Shown: positions 1 to 13,032, counted from the first letter of the whole stretch. The stretch: 63,754 nt of DNA, filler included, from Octopus bimaculoides (GCF_001194135.2; 3 parts of 3 records of this genome joined end to end with filler, not necessarily neighbours in it), one strand, 5' to 3'. Notes: generated by a model not told the origin, from the letters alone. Numbers and translations are program-made.

Positions 1-39
<39 letters not shown>

Positions 40-429
40 ATATATGTCTGTATCTGCCAGCTGTGTCTCTCGTCTAACAGTATCTGTAAGTATTGAGTAT
101 ACGGGAAGGGTGGCAAGGTCTAAAACCTAAATATTGGTTTGTCTGTGTTCTTGTAGCAGAGGTCAGTTGTAACTGTCTCATTTTCTTTAATTATAAAGAT
201 GTCCAGAAAGGGGAGTTCCTGCAAGCTACTTACCACACAGCTACGCCTGCGGCAATATTTATATATTTTTTACTAAGGCTTAGGAGATGTGACAGTGTGA
301 CTCAAGATCCGATAGTCTAGTGCGTTACCATTAATCAATCTTCTCACAAGTCGAACCTTTGACTTGTTTGATTAGTTTCAACGCACGAAGCTCTTGGATC
401 TTGAGTCACTCTGCTGACTCTGCTAAATA

Positions 430-520
430 TTAATAATAGTAGTAGTAATAGTAGTAGTAGTAATAATAATATTAATAATAATAATGATAATATATATTAA
501 TATACATATATATATATATA

Positions 521-566
<46 letters not shown>

Positions 567-746
567 NNNNNNNNNNNNNNNNNNNNNNNNNNNNNNNNNN
601 NNNNNNNNNNNNNNNNNNNNNNNNNNNNNNNNNNNNNNNNNNNNNNNNNNNNNNNNNNNNNNNNNNNNNNNNNNNNNNNNNNNNNNNNNNNNNNNNNNNN
701 NNNNNNNNNNNNNNNNNNNNNNNNNNNNNNNNNNNNNNNNNNNNNN

Positions 747-832
<86 letters not shown>

Positions 833-835
833 TTA
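430..835. repeat. Compound microsatellite (TAG/TAA)n(TA)n-gap-(CA)n(TA)n
   Basis: Direct inspection. Confidence 0.95.
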
Positions 836-1160
836 AGTCTTGGGGTTTTCGTTAGGAATTTGTCTGCATGTTTTGTTTTCGTCATTTCCAATGCATCTCT
901 TTTTATAGGGATTTTCAGGTCCCATATTAAGGATATTTCTGTTTCCAGATCTTTGTATTTTGATAATTTCTTGTCCGTCTCTTTTGAAGATACATTGTCA
1001 TCTGTCGGAGTTGATATGTCTATTGCGTGGTATTTTAATTTTTTTCTTGGTAGTTTCTGACAACAATATCTGTATTTTAACCCCAATATCCGTGTCTGCA
1101 TGTATTGACTATTGCAGAATATGTTTGCCTTGTTATTCTCTGAGGACTTTCCGTTTAATG
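836..1160 (-). mobile_element. R4/Dong-like non-LTR retrotransposon, C-terminal restriction-like endonuclease fragment (degenerate)
   Basis: Minus-strand translation IDISTPTDDNVSSKETDKKLSKYKDLETEISLIWDLK resembles the RLE C-terminus (IDVSIPxDxNVxxKExEKLSKYKDLEIEIxRMW) of R4-clade elements; it ends at a (TA)n/(CA)n tract. Confidence 0.85.
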
Positions 1161-1208
1161 CCAATATCACTTCACTTCAGTTGACATTCTGAATTAGGAG
1201 AGCAATAT

Positions 1209-1210
<2 letters not shown>

Positions 1211-1279
<69 letters not shown>
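1211..1279. repeat. (CAT)n microsatellite
   Basis: Direct inspection; source of the poly-Met ORF 1172-1360. Confidence 0.97.
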
Positions 1280-1280
<1 letters not shown>

Positions 1281-2336
1281 TTGTTTATATGACTTAATCG
1301 AAAGAACGACCAGCAGTCATGATATTTCCCCATGTATCCAAGATTCATAGGATTAGGCAAAGAAGTCTTCGTTCGAACACGAACTTCTCATAAACATCAG
1401 TAATAGAGTATTCGAGGAGCCAGGTGAGGGTACTAAACCAGGTGATTAATGAATCAAGCCATCAAAAAGTGAAACGGGGACTTCAACGGGTTTTCCCCAC
1501 TCCCCCACCCCAACCCATATAACCTCAAGCTGATACAGCTATTTCTTATCGCCAAAAGGGTGATGGATCCTTTATCAGTCCCAGCGATGAACTCGATATC
1601 CGACTCCTTAATAAGTGGCTTAGAGTTCCTCGTATATACGAAAACATTGAGACAATGTTAAGATTAGCTCTCTCCCCACATCGTCTTCCATTCCTTTCTG
1701 CCAGTTCTATGTCTCAAGATAAAACTTAAAAGATCTTATTGAATTCCTGAGACGACTATCCTTAACCTAATTCCTAAACCATGTCAGTGCCATACGAAAC
1801 GTACCAAGCTGAACCTTTCGATCACTAATACAAACAAATCAATGAACTCCTACTAATTTCCCGTCAAATTTCACACAAAAAACATCGATCGTCCCTCGAC
1901 TATATTAAAGAAACTCATTTAAGATATTACGCAGTAGAAACTTTATGTTTTTCAAGTCAAATCGCATGTCAGCATCCACAGAGTCGTTCGGTTAGCGTCT
2001 CTTGATTGGCATGGATACCGAAGTCAGTGTTTGGTAAAATGTCACAGAAGCATCAACGATCAGAAAGGTTAATGAAAGCCGGAAGTTGTTTTCATTGTGT
2101 ACATCCTCTCATTTCTATCTCTTCTCTCTCTCACACACTCACACACATAGACGCTCACATGCACATACACACACACATACACACATGCACACACACGCAC
2201 ATTTATACATACATAGCGAATATGGAATTCTCTTTCTCTTTCAAATTCGGCAGATCTTAAAAACTGACGATAGTCATTCTGATAGATACCATGGCTGACA
2301 CAGTCACTCATCATCACCACGCCCATCACACGATCT

Positions 2337-2437
2337 ATGATAAAGAATGAAAAAGAAAGAAGAATCTCTGCTCTGCAACCTATGCAAACCAAACCAAACC
2401 TTGACCAGTTTCGCAATAAGTCCTTCGAACACAGCAG
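2337..2437 (+). CDS. Candidate short coding exon (MIKNEKERRISALQPMQTKPNLDQFRNKSFEHS), product unknown
   Basis: Non-repetitive open frame ending at CAG/GTAACA donor (phase 2); ETS and CCAAT motifs upstream; no family recognised and no downstream exon identified. Confidence 0.25.
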
Positions 2438-3006
2438 GTAACAATTTTGAATTATAGCAACTACTGAGTATTCAGAGAGGAGTGAATCATCGCTAGCTGC
2501 GTGTTTGAACATGGCTCGTGAGTTATCTTTAACCAATCAGTGACGCTTCAATCAATTTGCCAATGGAAAGATATATTTTGTACGTTTTGGCTGTTCTCAA
2601 TATTTACTGGTGGCGCTTCCCCACTCCACCCCACGTCACCCAAGACCTATTTGTCGATGGGACAATATAGATTACTGATCTCATTCATGTCGATGTTATT
2701 GAGGAGAACCTGAGAGGCACTAAGAGGGTGGACATAGAAAATCTCCCTCTCGGGCCGCAAATCTGCCGTGGGTAAGCGCGAGTATGTTACCAAAAGACTC
2801 ATCTAACAAGATGTCCTCAGCGTTGAAAGTATTTCTTTACATTTCACTGTTATTTCTAGCGAATCAAGCAGGTACATCGGAAGCCCATCTTCAGCTCCTT
2901 ATTACGATTATTATTGTTACTACTAATAAGGCGATTAGCTGGAAGAATTGTTAGAACTCTGGACAAAATGGTCAGCGTTGTATAATCTGTCAATACGTTT
3001 TCAGTG

Positions 3007-3142
3007 CAAATTCCGCCGGGGTCGTCTTTGCGTTTCATACTTACGGAGTCAATAAAATTGGTACCAGTCGAGCACTGGGGTCGATGTAATCGACTTAATC
3101 TACTCCAAACTAATTACTGGCCTTGTGCCAAAATTTGAAGCC
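3007..3142 (+). mobile_element. tRNA-derived SINE family A, 5'-truncated
   Basis: Shares CAAATTCCGCCG..GTACCAGT..CACTGGGGTCGATGTAATCGAC with more than 12 other copies in the window. Confidence 0.75.
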
Positions 3143-3162
3143 ATTATTATAAAATACTAATA

Positions 3163-3369
3163 GAGCGGCGAAATGGCAGAATCATTAGAACGCCGGATAA
3201 ATTGCTTAGTGACATTTTGTCCGTCCTTATGCTCCGAGTTCAAATTCTGCCGAGGTCAATTTTACCTGTTATCTTGTCAGGGTAGATAAAATAAGTACCA
3301 GTGAAACACTGGGGATCGATATAATTCACTTACAACCTCCAACCAAAATTGCACGCCTTGTGCTGATAG
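3163..3369 (+). mobile_element. tRNA-derived SINE family A
   Basis: A-box-like TGGCAGAATCATTAG, B-box-like GAGTTCAAATTC, shared core. Confidence 0.8.
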
Positions 3370-3486
3370 CACAAGAGATCGTTCATGACACTAATGTACT
3401 TTCACGTGGGTAAGTATACACACACACACACACATACCCACACACACACAAACACAAACACGCACAGACACACACACACACACACG

Positions 3487-3533
<47 letters not shown>

Positions 3534-4914
3534 CCATATCCGTATAATCTTGAATTATATATTAATTATATTTGTCGTTTCAAGATTTGAAATTGATATT
3601 TGTGTTCCTGCCTCGCACCTCCTTCTACCGATGCTCAAATTATTTATTAATTTTGCTGTAGCTGCAGTTAGAATTCGATATTTCTATTATAAATCAATAT
3701 ATCTGCTGCTGCAGTTGCTGCTGCAGCTATCACCGCAAATGCTGCTGCTGTTTATGTTGTTCCTGCAGCTGCTGTCACACTTGCAGCTGTTGCAGCTGAT
3801 TTTTGTTTACGTATCTCTAGGATATATTTCACCGATTTCAGCAAACAAAACCTCGTCTCAATTTCACTTCATCCCAGAATGCACGCCCGCATACTTGCAG
3901 AAACATACAAAAACAGATATACATACATATATGCAAATATAGGTGAACATACACACACAAACGCACGCACACACACACACACATGTGTGCATATTACACA
4001 TACAGGCATGCGTACGTATAAAGTTGTTTGTGTGTCTAGAAACATGGATAAATAGACAGATAAATGGTCTATTATACAGATCTTAGACTTCTGTCCTACT
4101 ACTTTCCGCTGATGACTTTATCACAGCTTTATGATATATATATATATATATATATGTAGTTGTGTATTTGAGTGCCTTTAAGACCACTTTTTTACGATAG
4201 TGATGCTTATATTTTAATATGTTATCGCTGAAAACAAATTTATCATCATATTTATGAAGCCCGCTGCAAAAACATTACGTAACATGAATATTTAGTTCTG
4301 CTTCAGGAATATATATGAGCTGTATATATCGGCTTTGTGTGTGTATGTGTGTGTGTGTATTTAATAAAATGTTTTACCTTGCTCCAAATTTCTTTCGTTA
4401 CTTGTTTACAATAAAACTTTACTCATACATTGAACAGGACATTTTCTACCTGCTTTATTTATGCGCGCGCGTGCGTGTCTGTGTGCGTGTATACACATAC
4501 AGATATACATGTGTATACACATTTATATATGTTTGTGTATATATTCCCAAAATAAATGTTTGTATATATATATATATATATATATGGAAATTTGGGCTAA
4601 ATTTGATGATTTTTTCAGGAACAGCAGGATGTATTGGTGAACAGTCAACGGCGTAGGAGAGCATGAGCATTAAAACTGTTGTTAAAAAATCATTAGCTGT
4701 TATAGACGACTGTTGCTCGGTGGTCTGAATACTGGAACGGCTATAAAGCCTGACCTGGGAAACTGTAACGAAGACCGCAAAAACGTAGCCTGCTGGAAGG
4801 GAGACAACTGGTGCTCTGACTGTGTTCGCAAACCGTAATTCACATCTGCATATTGGAACAGGGTCTTAGGCTCAATTTGAACGGCTATATGAAGCTGCAG
4901 AAAACTAGTCAAGG

Positions 4915-4967
4915 GTTGCCGTGGGTAGGCCGTGGCAGCAGGATTCTCCTTGTTGCCATACTTCCGG
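4915..4967. promoter_or_regulatory. Candidate ETS + RFX half-site promoter cluster
   Basis: GTTGCC at 4915 and 4952, ACTTCCGG at 4960-4967, in a locally CpG-richer island. Confidence 0.25.
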
Positions 4968-5329
4968 AAATAGTCAGGCGTGATTGTCCGAGAATTTACA
5001 CCATTTCACCTTTTCCAATATCTGACCTCCTAATTGTTATTTTAAAAGCATCCAAACAAGTAGATCAAAAGCCTTTTATTTCGGGATGGGATATTGCGCT
5101 TTATTTTTGTTTGTATACAAACCGTCAAATTTAGTCGGAATACGCTGCACACACACACGCATGCGCGTGCGCACATATATTTACATATGTATGTATGCAT
5201 ATAAATANNNNNNNNNNNNNNNNNNNNNNNNNNNNNNNNNNNNNNNNNNNNNNNNNNNNNNNNNNNNNNNNNNNNNNNNNNNNNNNNNNNNNNNNNNNNN
5301 NNNNNNNTTGTTAGCTGGGCATGCTATAT

Positions 5330-6232
5330 CTATGATCCAGCATCATTTGCTTTCTTTTTCAATTAACACTATGTCTGGTTTCCTATTCTGTATCTCATGG
5401 TCGCACTGCATCATAAAATCTCATAGGATATTTGCATTATTATTTTCGATGATGCCTACGGGTTTATGTTCGTACCACTTTTTGCTCTGTCAACTCCATA
5501 CTTATTGCAAAGTGTTCAATAGACAGTCCCTGCTACATTGTCATGACGACTCTTATATTCTTTCTGGGCCAGTGACGTACATTGACTGGTAATATGCCAT
5601 ACAGTTTCACCAGTTTGTTCCCAAATTCTGCATTTAACACTTTCTGATGTGTTATCTATTCTGTATTTAATGTAATTGATTCTTAATGCTTGCCCTTAGG
5701 CAGCACAGATTACAGCCTCCGTTTCCTGGTTTAAATCACTTTTACTCATCCATAGCCATCTTCTTTCTCTGTCTGTCTTATCTTCAACATCCCTACGAAA
5801 TTGACCATGCATTCTTTTCTTTATCCACCTACTTTTAGTTTCATTCATTCTCAAGTGCTTGTACAATGCTTTATCTCTGCAATCTTTCATCCCACACAAG
5901 CCTGATCTTCTTCCTTCTAATAATAATGGTTCTGTGTCATTTTTAAACACCATGCTATGTAGTTTACTTCTGCTTTAATGCTGTGTTCGCATCCAATCAA
6001 TCCACTTCCCCCTCTTTTTCTTGGTACATATAGTTTGTCTGTGTCACATTTTGGGTGGAGTAGCCTATATCTTGTCAGAAACTTCCTTGTCTTTCTGTCT
6101 AAGCAGAGTAATTCGTCTACTGTCCATGCGATTACCCCTGCTCCATATCTAAGGAATGAGACCACCCAGGTGTTGATAGCTTCAATCGTTTTCCGTCCGT
6201 TTATTTACGACTTAAGGATCAGTCTCATTCTG
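5330..6232 (-). mobile_element. R4/Dong-like LINE fragment (post-RT region, CCHC zinc knuckle, start of RLE), frameshifted
   Basis: Frames give VSFLRYGAGVIAWTVDELLCLDRKTRKFLTRYRLLHPKCDTDKLYVPRKRGGSGLIGCE, then WIKKRMHGQF..WLWMSKSDLNQETEAVICAA, then a CR..ETVWHITSQC..YKSRHDNVA-like knuckle; typical R4-clade motifs, with stops and frameshifts. Confidence 0.92.
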
Positions 6233-6273
6233 TGCAAGTACTCCACCTTAAAATTTTCTGTCTGTGTATGTTT

Positions 6274-6312
<39 letters not shown>

Positions 6313-6904
6313 TGTTTAGGTGAAAACATAAAGAGAACGATGGAAATTAGATATATTTTTAATCACACAAGCAGTCTTACTTCTCGGAAATACTCGTACA
6401 CACGAAAAGGCCACACGCTCCCANNNNNNNNNNNNNNNNNNNNNNNNNNNNNNNNNNNNNNNNNNNNNNNNNNNNNNNNNNNNNNNNNNNNNNNNNNNNN
6501 NNNNNNNNNNNNNNNNNNNNNNNNNNNNNNNNNNNNNNNNNNNNNNNNNNNNNNNNNNNNNNNNNNNNNNNNNNNNNNNNNNNNNNNNNNNNNNNNNNNN
6601 NNNNNNNNNNNNNNNNNNNNNNNNNNNNNNNNNNNNNNNNNNNNNNNNNNNNNNNNNNNNNNNNNNNNNNNNNNNNNNNNNNNNNNNNNNNNNNNNNNNN
6701 NNNNNNNNNNNNNNNNNNNNNNNNNNNNNNNNNNNNNNNNNNNNNNNNNNNNNNNNNNNNNNNNNNNNNNNNNNNNNNNNNNNNNNNNNNNNNNNNNNNN
6801 NNNNNNNNNNNNNNNNNNNNNNNNNNNNNNNNNNNNNNNNNNNNNNNNNNNNNNNNNNNNNNNNNNNNNNNNNNNNNNNNNNNNNNNNNNNNNNNNNNNN
6901 NNNN

Positions 6905-6959
<55 letters not shown>

Positions 6960-8787
6960 TTGAGTAGTTAACTATTGCAAACGAAAGCCTCAATTAGACA
7001 TAGATTGTAGTAAGAATTGTCGTAACAGTCTCTCGCTAAGAATTGGTTAGATCAAAAGACATTCAGCTAATCGATATCTGGTGTGTGTGACAATCACACT
7101 ACTCAATACTTGTCATCAATAGATTCCCCACCGCCACTCCATACACATTTCATTATATTACATTCCAGCTTCAGTGTAAGTAGGATTATCGATCTTGTAG
7201 TTGTTAACAAATTTTCTTTGATCCACTGCGATTCTTTCCCCCGAACGTTTTGATTATTTTCTCGAAGAATACACAAGAGTTACAGTTGCGGCTTACTTTA
7301 GTGGCTGCTTACTTTAGTGGCTGCTTATATCGTAATAAAAGACTACTGCGTGTGATGTTGAATGTGTGATGGTGGTGATGGTGGTGATGGTAGTGGTTGT
7401 GTTGGGGACTTCATTGTTGTTGGGGTTCGTGATCGTCTCGCAGATATATTGCAGTTTTCATATTGTATCGACAATGAATATTTTTGTGTGACCATCACAG
7501 CTACATGTATAAATATATATAAACAACCACACACGCACGCACACACACACACACGCGCGCGCGCGAGTCTTTATCGACAGCGATCTCATTTTCCTTTCAT
7601 CGACAACTCGAAGATATGGGCACAACTTTTCAGTCTCGATAACATAACCAAATTATTTGTTTTACTCTCTAACTACCGTTGCCAACTGTTATTCTACTCC
7701 CATATTCTCCAAAGCAGTATCGTTCGTTCTATTGGCCACGTAACTGGCCTGCAACGCATTCCTGTAGTACGTCATCTCGTGAGCCCTCGGTCACGTCAAT
7801 TAATGTAGCCATGATTAGGTTTCATGCTTTGTTATCCATTCGTGTAACAGATCTGTAAGATGAGCTAATGAACAGCGGACCCCATGAGAGTGGTTTTCGT
7901 TGCATTGTTGAAGATTGCAAGCAGCGCTTCTTGCTCATGGTGCTGTAACATAGTCCTCACCACCCACACAAGTAAGAGCTTGTTAAGAATTCTGCTGAAG
8001 ATGATGGATTAGCTTGTCGACGACGTTTGGGGTTTCCTATCGTAAAAGACTGGGTATAAAGGAACAGATTTGTGGCACAAAATCACCATGGAGAAAACCA
8101 AGGAATAAAGTGTTTCATTATATATAGGGTTCTATAAAAAAAACTTTCGCCTCACTCCAGTTTTCTACGTTGTGGAATATGTTACAGATGATGGGGTCGT
8201 AAGTTCAGCAACCGATTTCCGGTGTAGACTGTGCAATGGACATCAGACGTCTGGTAGGGTGGAGCGCGAGTTCGTCGGCAGGTTTAAAACCCAAGAGAAG
8301 TTTAATAAAGGTGGCTCGTTTTACCTGTCTACTGCAACATCCGTTGTATGAGGTGAGGTGGAGGTCGGCTGAATCAGTGTATGCGTGCGACAGCGGCCGG
8401 TGTTTTAAAGAATAAGACGTATGAGCGTGTGGGAATATTCATGTAGGTATGAATGTGTGTATTTCTCTCTATAATTTCCTTGACTTTATTTCTTTATCTG
8501 GTGGTTGCGAAGGGTGGGGTTGAGGCTAAAAGTATGTTGTCACTCGTTGCGGCAAGATTAAAAGTTATTCCAATTTACAATTACTTCTCTAGTTTAAACT
8601 TCCAAAACTCCACATTTTATTGCATTTAACCTGGTCTTTTTGCTTCTATGGCATCATGTGCACACTCATTAATTATAGTTTAAGTTCAAAAGTCTATGGT
8701 GGATGTAGAGATAATCTCAATAACCAAGAAACTATGTGTAAAGGGGGTCCGAGTGCGTACGTGTGTGCATGTGTGTGTACGTGTGTG

Positions 8788-8827
<40 letters not shown>

Positions 8828-9039
8828 TGTGTGTGTGTGTGTGTGTTTGTATGTAATATCATACCTTGATACAGATATAGCCGCCGAGAGTCCGCTGCTA
8901 TATGTAATCATAGCTATTTAGTTTCAAATCTTCTAATTTGGACGGTCAAAATCGTGATAGGACTTAAGTTTAGTGGTTAACGCGGATAAACGTTTTCTTT
9001 CCTGTCAGTTGCACCTGCACGCGTGCACACGCAGACAAA

Positions 9040-9116
9040 CATACACACACACACGTTTGAGTGTATATATATACATACATACACACACACATACACACAC
9101 ACACACACACACACAT

Positions 9117-9210
<94 letters not shown>

Positions 9211-9225
9211 TCACAAACACACACA
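9040..9225. repeat. Compound (CA)n/(TA)n microsatellite
   Basis: Direct inspection. Confidence 0.95.
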
Positions 9226-11116
9226 CTTACACAGTGCACACAAGGAACACAGAGATAATTATGAGTTAAATTCAAATTGCATAGCATAAACTGTACTTAG
9301 ATTTACTTGTGCATTATATATATATATATATATATATATACATACATACGCACACACACGCACATATATGCACATACACAGATATACAGACAGACACACC
9401 TATATATGTTTGTTTGTGTCTTTCCGTGTGTGCGCATGTATGTGTGTATTTCCGTATAATGCTAGGCTGTATATCTTCTATACCCAAACAAAACAGTTAT
9501 ATCTCCAATAATCTATAGACAGAGACTAAAGCCACTTCTATGGAAATCTGCTTCTGAGACTTTCTTCGCCAATCTGACTTCACAAACATCAATATTTTAT
9601 ACATTAACAGCGTTAAATTGTTGTTATTCTTGTCGTTGTTATTGTCATTCCTTGCAATTGCCGTTAGTTGTAATGTTGTTCTTAATGTTATTGCTGTTGT
9701 CATTCTTATTGCTTTTGATATGTAAATGTCGTATTTTTGTTGGTGAAGTCGGCGTTGGTTGTGTTATGTTTGTTGTTCTGATCGCCTAGTTGTTGTTTTA
9801 TTATAGTCCGAGTTCAACCTTGACCAAGCAGACTTATGATGAGAAGCATTCCCACCGTGGCCATCTCGACATTGTTTTAGAAGTATATAGGCATACTCCA
9901 TTTAATATATCTTGAACTTATTTCAAGAGGTTCGTGCTGTGTTTTGTGGGATCATTTGGTTATTATTTCTAGTGTTTGGAGCGAAATTTCCGTTGAGAGA
10001 TGTTGGTGAACAGATAAAATCAATCGTTTTTCGATTGAAATTCAGAATTGTGAATATAAAAAGGCGAACAGGAGCTAAATACTGTTGGGCATTTAATCCG
10101 GCATTGTGTAATTTAGAACTCCATCGCAACATTTAATCCGGCACTATGCCTCATTACACCTCCCATCTACCCTAGCGTATATTTGATTTGGTTTTCGCTC
10201 TAAACCAACATCCCTTATGAAGGGAAAATATAAACAGGGACAAATAGCTAAAGCTTCAAAAGCACCGAATTGGCAGAGCTTTTCGTTCTTTCATCGATCA
10301 AATATCAATCAGTCTACTGGGGTCCCACATTTCAGGCCTTCTCTCTTTCGCCCCCTTTCAACTTTCTTTTCTTTTTGTTCGGAGTCGGAGAGGAATCGCT
10401 GTGAGAAAAGTTGCGTGAGACCTCTCACAGCGTCCACATTTTAAAAAGGGGGAAAAAACCCCAGCAAAATTAAATAAGGGCTTAGTCCATCTCATATAGA
10501 ATAAAATTTTATATTTGATAAAAAGTCCGAAGATGCGTTTGTGTTTTGTACAACAGAAGAAAAAGCACTTGATGGGTAATTCATCGATCAACGGCGCTCC
10601 AGCCGAGACTATTTCATTACTTTTATAAACGGCAGATTGTTGTTTTAGGCATATTAAGCGATTATTTTTACAAGCCTAATAACTGTGTAGGTGCTCTCTT
10701 GTTTACTGTAGATCGAGATTGTAAAATAAGCACAATCTAAATAGTTGTGGAACTCTAGATGTCATGAAACCAGTTCGACATTCTTTAGAGATATGAGTAT
10801 TGTTTAATGATGTCGATGAATAGTAAGGCATTATGACTGACAAAATGACGTAGAGAACCAGTCTCTCCCTTTCTTCGTCTAAATCTCTCTCTCTTTCTTT
10901 CTCTCTTTCCTTCTCTTTCAGCACTTATCCTACAAACCCTGATAAGATTTTAAAACTGAAGTTTCATTAGGTTTACGTAAAAACTTGATAAAATAAATCT
11001 ACGTTAGAACATGTAAACAAATCAAATTGATAACAATTTAGACACACATAATAGACCTACAAACGCTACGTCACATGCACTACGTTGTATTAGTTATATA
11101 TGTTACATACATTGCG

Positions 11117-11337
11117 TACCAGGGTGTGCTGACAAATTTCTGGCTTTGGGTTGAAGAAAATACAGGAGAATCGGTTAATTGTAATTTTATTCAACATATT
11201 CCACTCTCAGATTTGCACACTTATTGCAGTGGTCTTTCAGTTCTTGTAAGCTCTGCAAAAGAACTCGGAAGGTTGGCCTTCCGTGCAGGCTTTTCCCGAT
11301 ACCCTTAAAGCCAGAAACTTTTCAGCACCCGCCCGTA
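11117..11337. mobile_element. Tc1/mariner-type MITE (about 220 bp)
   Basis: Imperfect TIRs GGGTGTGCTGACAAATTTCTGGCTTT / AAAGCCAGAAACTTTTCAGCACCC, bounded by TA on each side; no ORF. Confidence 0.8.
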
Positions 11338-12569
11338 CATGCATGCAAGCATAGACACATACATCGATACATAGATTCACGCACAGGTAGTTATATACAC
11401 ACACAAGTAGCTACACAGATACAAAGATATGAAAATGTATAGATTCACGCATACACCCATAGATACATCGATAAATATATTGTTACATTTACTCGTAAAA
11501 GGATCCATATATTCGATACATACATGACTAAATTTGAAAGGGAGAACGTGGGAAGGCAGACGAAGTATACAATACTGACATCAAGTGACTGACATCCCTG
11601 AAATAGTGAAATTGACCGAGTAAAACAGGGGAAAATAACGGAAAAATCGGTTTCGTTTCAAATGTTGTATTGAGTTACCAGAATATTGTTTAGATCAGTC
11701 ACGCTATATTGTTATCATTCTATTATATTTGATTGTAGTTAAGTATAATTGTTTGTTTTGAGGAACGAAACATGTCACAATCGACATAACTGTTCAAATT
11801 TTATACAGAGCGTGTGACTAGGAATATTTCATAGATTTTAAGGTCAGATGTGACAATCATTGAATGTCATATATTATCAGTAAAGCAGCTCCTGATAAAA
11901 ACCAATCTCTAGAAACAAATATATCAGTCAAGCGTTTAAAGGTGAGGTAAGCAACATCATGTGAGCGGGAGAGAAACACTTGATTATCTCTCATTTGAAA
12001 ACACAACTGATGAGTCGAATGAGAGAAAGGGGGTGGTGGAGAGAGGGAGGATAAGTGAGTGAGAAAGAGGGTGGGTGAGAGAAGGAGAGTGAGTGAGGTG
12101 GGGAGTGAGTGAAAAAAAGGGTGGGTCAGAGTGGGGGAGTGAGTGAGAGAGCGGGTGAGTGAGTGAGAAGCGGGGGCGGATGGGAAACTGATTGCTTTAG
12201 AAAATCATTGCTGAAACATCTTTGATCACATGTCTTTATGCACACGGATGAACACTAGTTACGTAACAAAAGCAACAACAACGGCAACAAACCGTATGTA
12301 TGCAAATTTCACACCTCCTCGTGAGAACTGGGTCAATATTGACTCATTGTCGCCACTCGGGAAACCCTTACCTCGACATTATGTTACATTTAGAAGGCTA
12401 TGCCGTTGCAATCTTCAAACAAAAGATGAATAGCTGAAAGATAGCTGGGGACCAAAAAATATAGTGAAGCCCTTCTAAAATAAAGTTTACGTCACATTTT
12501 TATGGAATATCTTTCATATATTTTATTTGTATCTGATCGGTAATATTTAAATACAAAGTTTCTATGAGA

Positions 12570-12775
12570 CTTGATGTATTTTTATTACTATATTATCATA
12601 TGCCATCTTTATGTACATTGATGTTTCCCGCAGTTTATTGGTTTTTCGAGTTTTCAACAGCCAGAGATTTTCACCCAGTTGATCCAGCAAGCTTGTCACC
12701 AGTGTCTCAAGTAACACTACCTCTTCCAGAGATCCCCCTTTCTGATTCATAGCCATTTCGAAGCTAGTTCTGTTG
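12570..12775 (-). mobile_element. Highly degraded R4/Dong-like LINE fragment
   Basis: Interrupted minus frame resembling the WLxKGDL..QA..NWVK..C pre-zinc-knuckle region of the other R4-like copies. Confidence 0.45.
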
Positions 12776-13032
12776 TCTTCATAGTCAATGTGATTACCAT
12801 TTATTCACAATATCTTGTTTTGTCCTAAGACTTTCTAACATATATAAGGGTGCCTAAATTTAGAGGAGGGTGAGAGTCGAGCCCCATACTTTATTTCTCA
12901 ACCTCGAATGGACGAAATATAATGTCAACCTTATCGATATTTGCACTCAGGACACAATGGTTTTTATGTAAATACTCTCAACGCATCTAACAATTTTGTA
13001 AATTCACAATCCTCAATTATTTCTCACACAAA

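Noticed and set aside
3700-3805. Cys-rich minus frame SCNSCKCDSSC..CGDSCSSNC resembling a metallothionein
   Set aside because: Arises from a degenerate GCA/GCT repeat; bounded by stops with no ATG or good acceptor.
4619-4650. Acceptor TTTTTTCAG as the partner of the 2437 donor (also 19787)
   Set aside because: The phase-2 continuation hits a stop within 6 to 12 codons.
7870-7975. FRCIVEDCKQRF, a C2H2 zinc-finger-like start
   Set aside because: In-frame stop and wrong His spacing; a single isolated motif.
11750-11785. TTGAGGA-AC-GAA-ACATGT-C, hammerhead-like core with a palindrome
   Set aside because: No helix II, C3 missing, helix I out of register.
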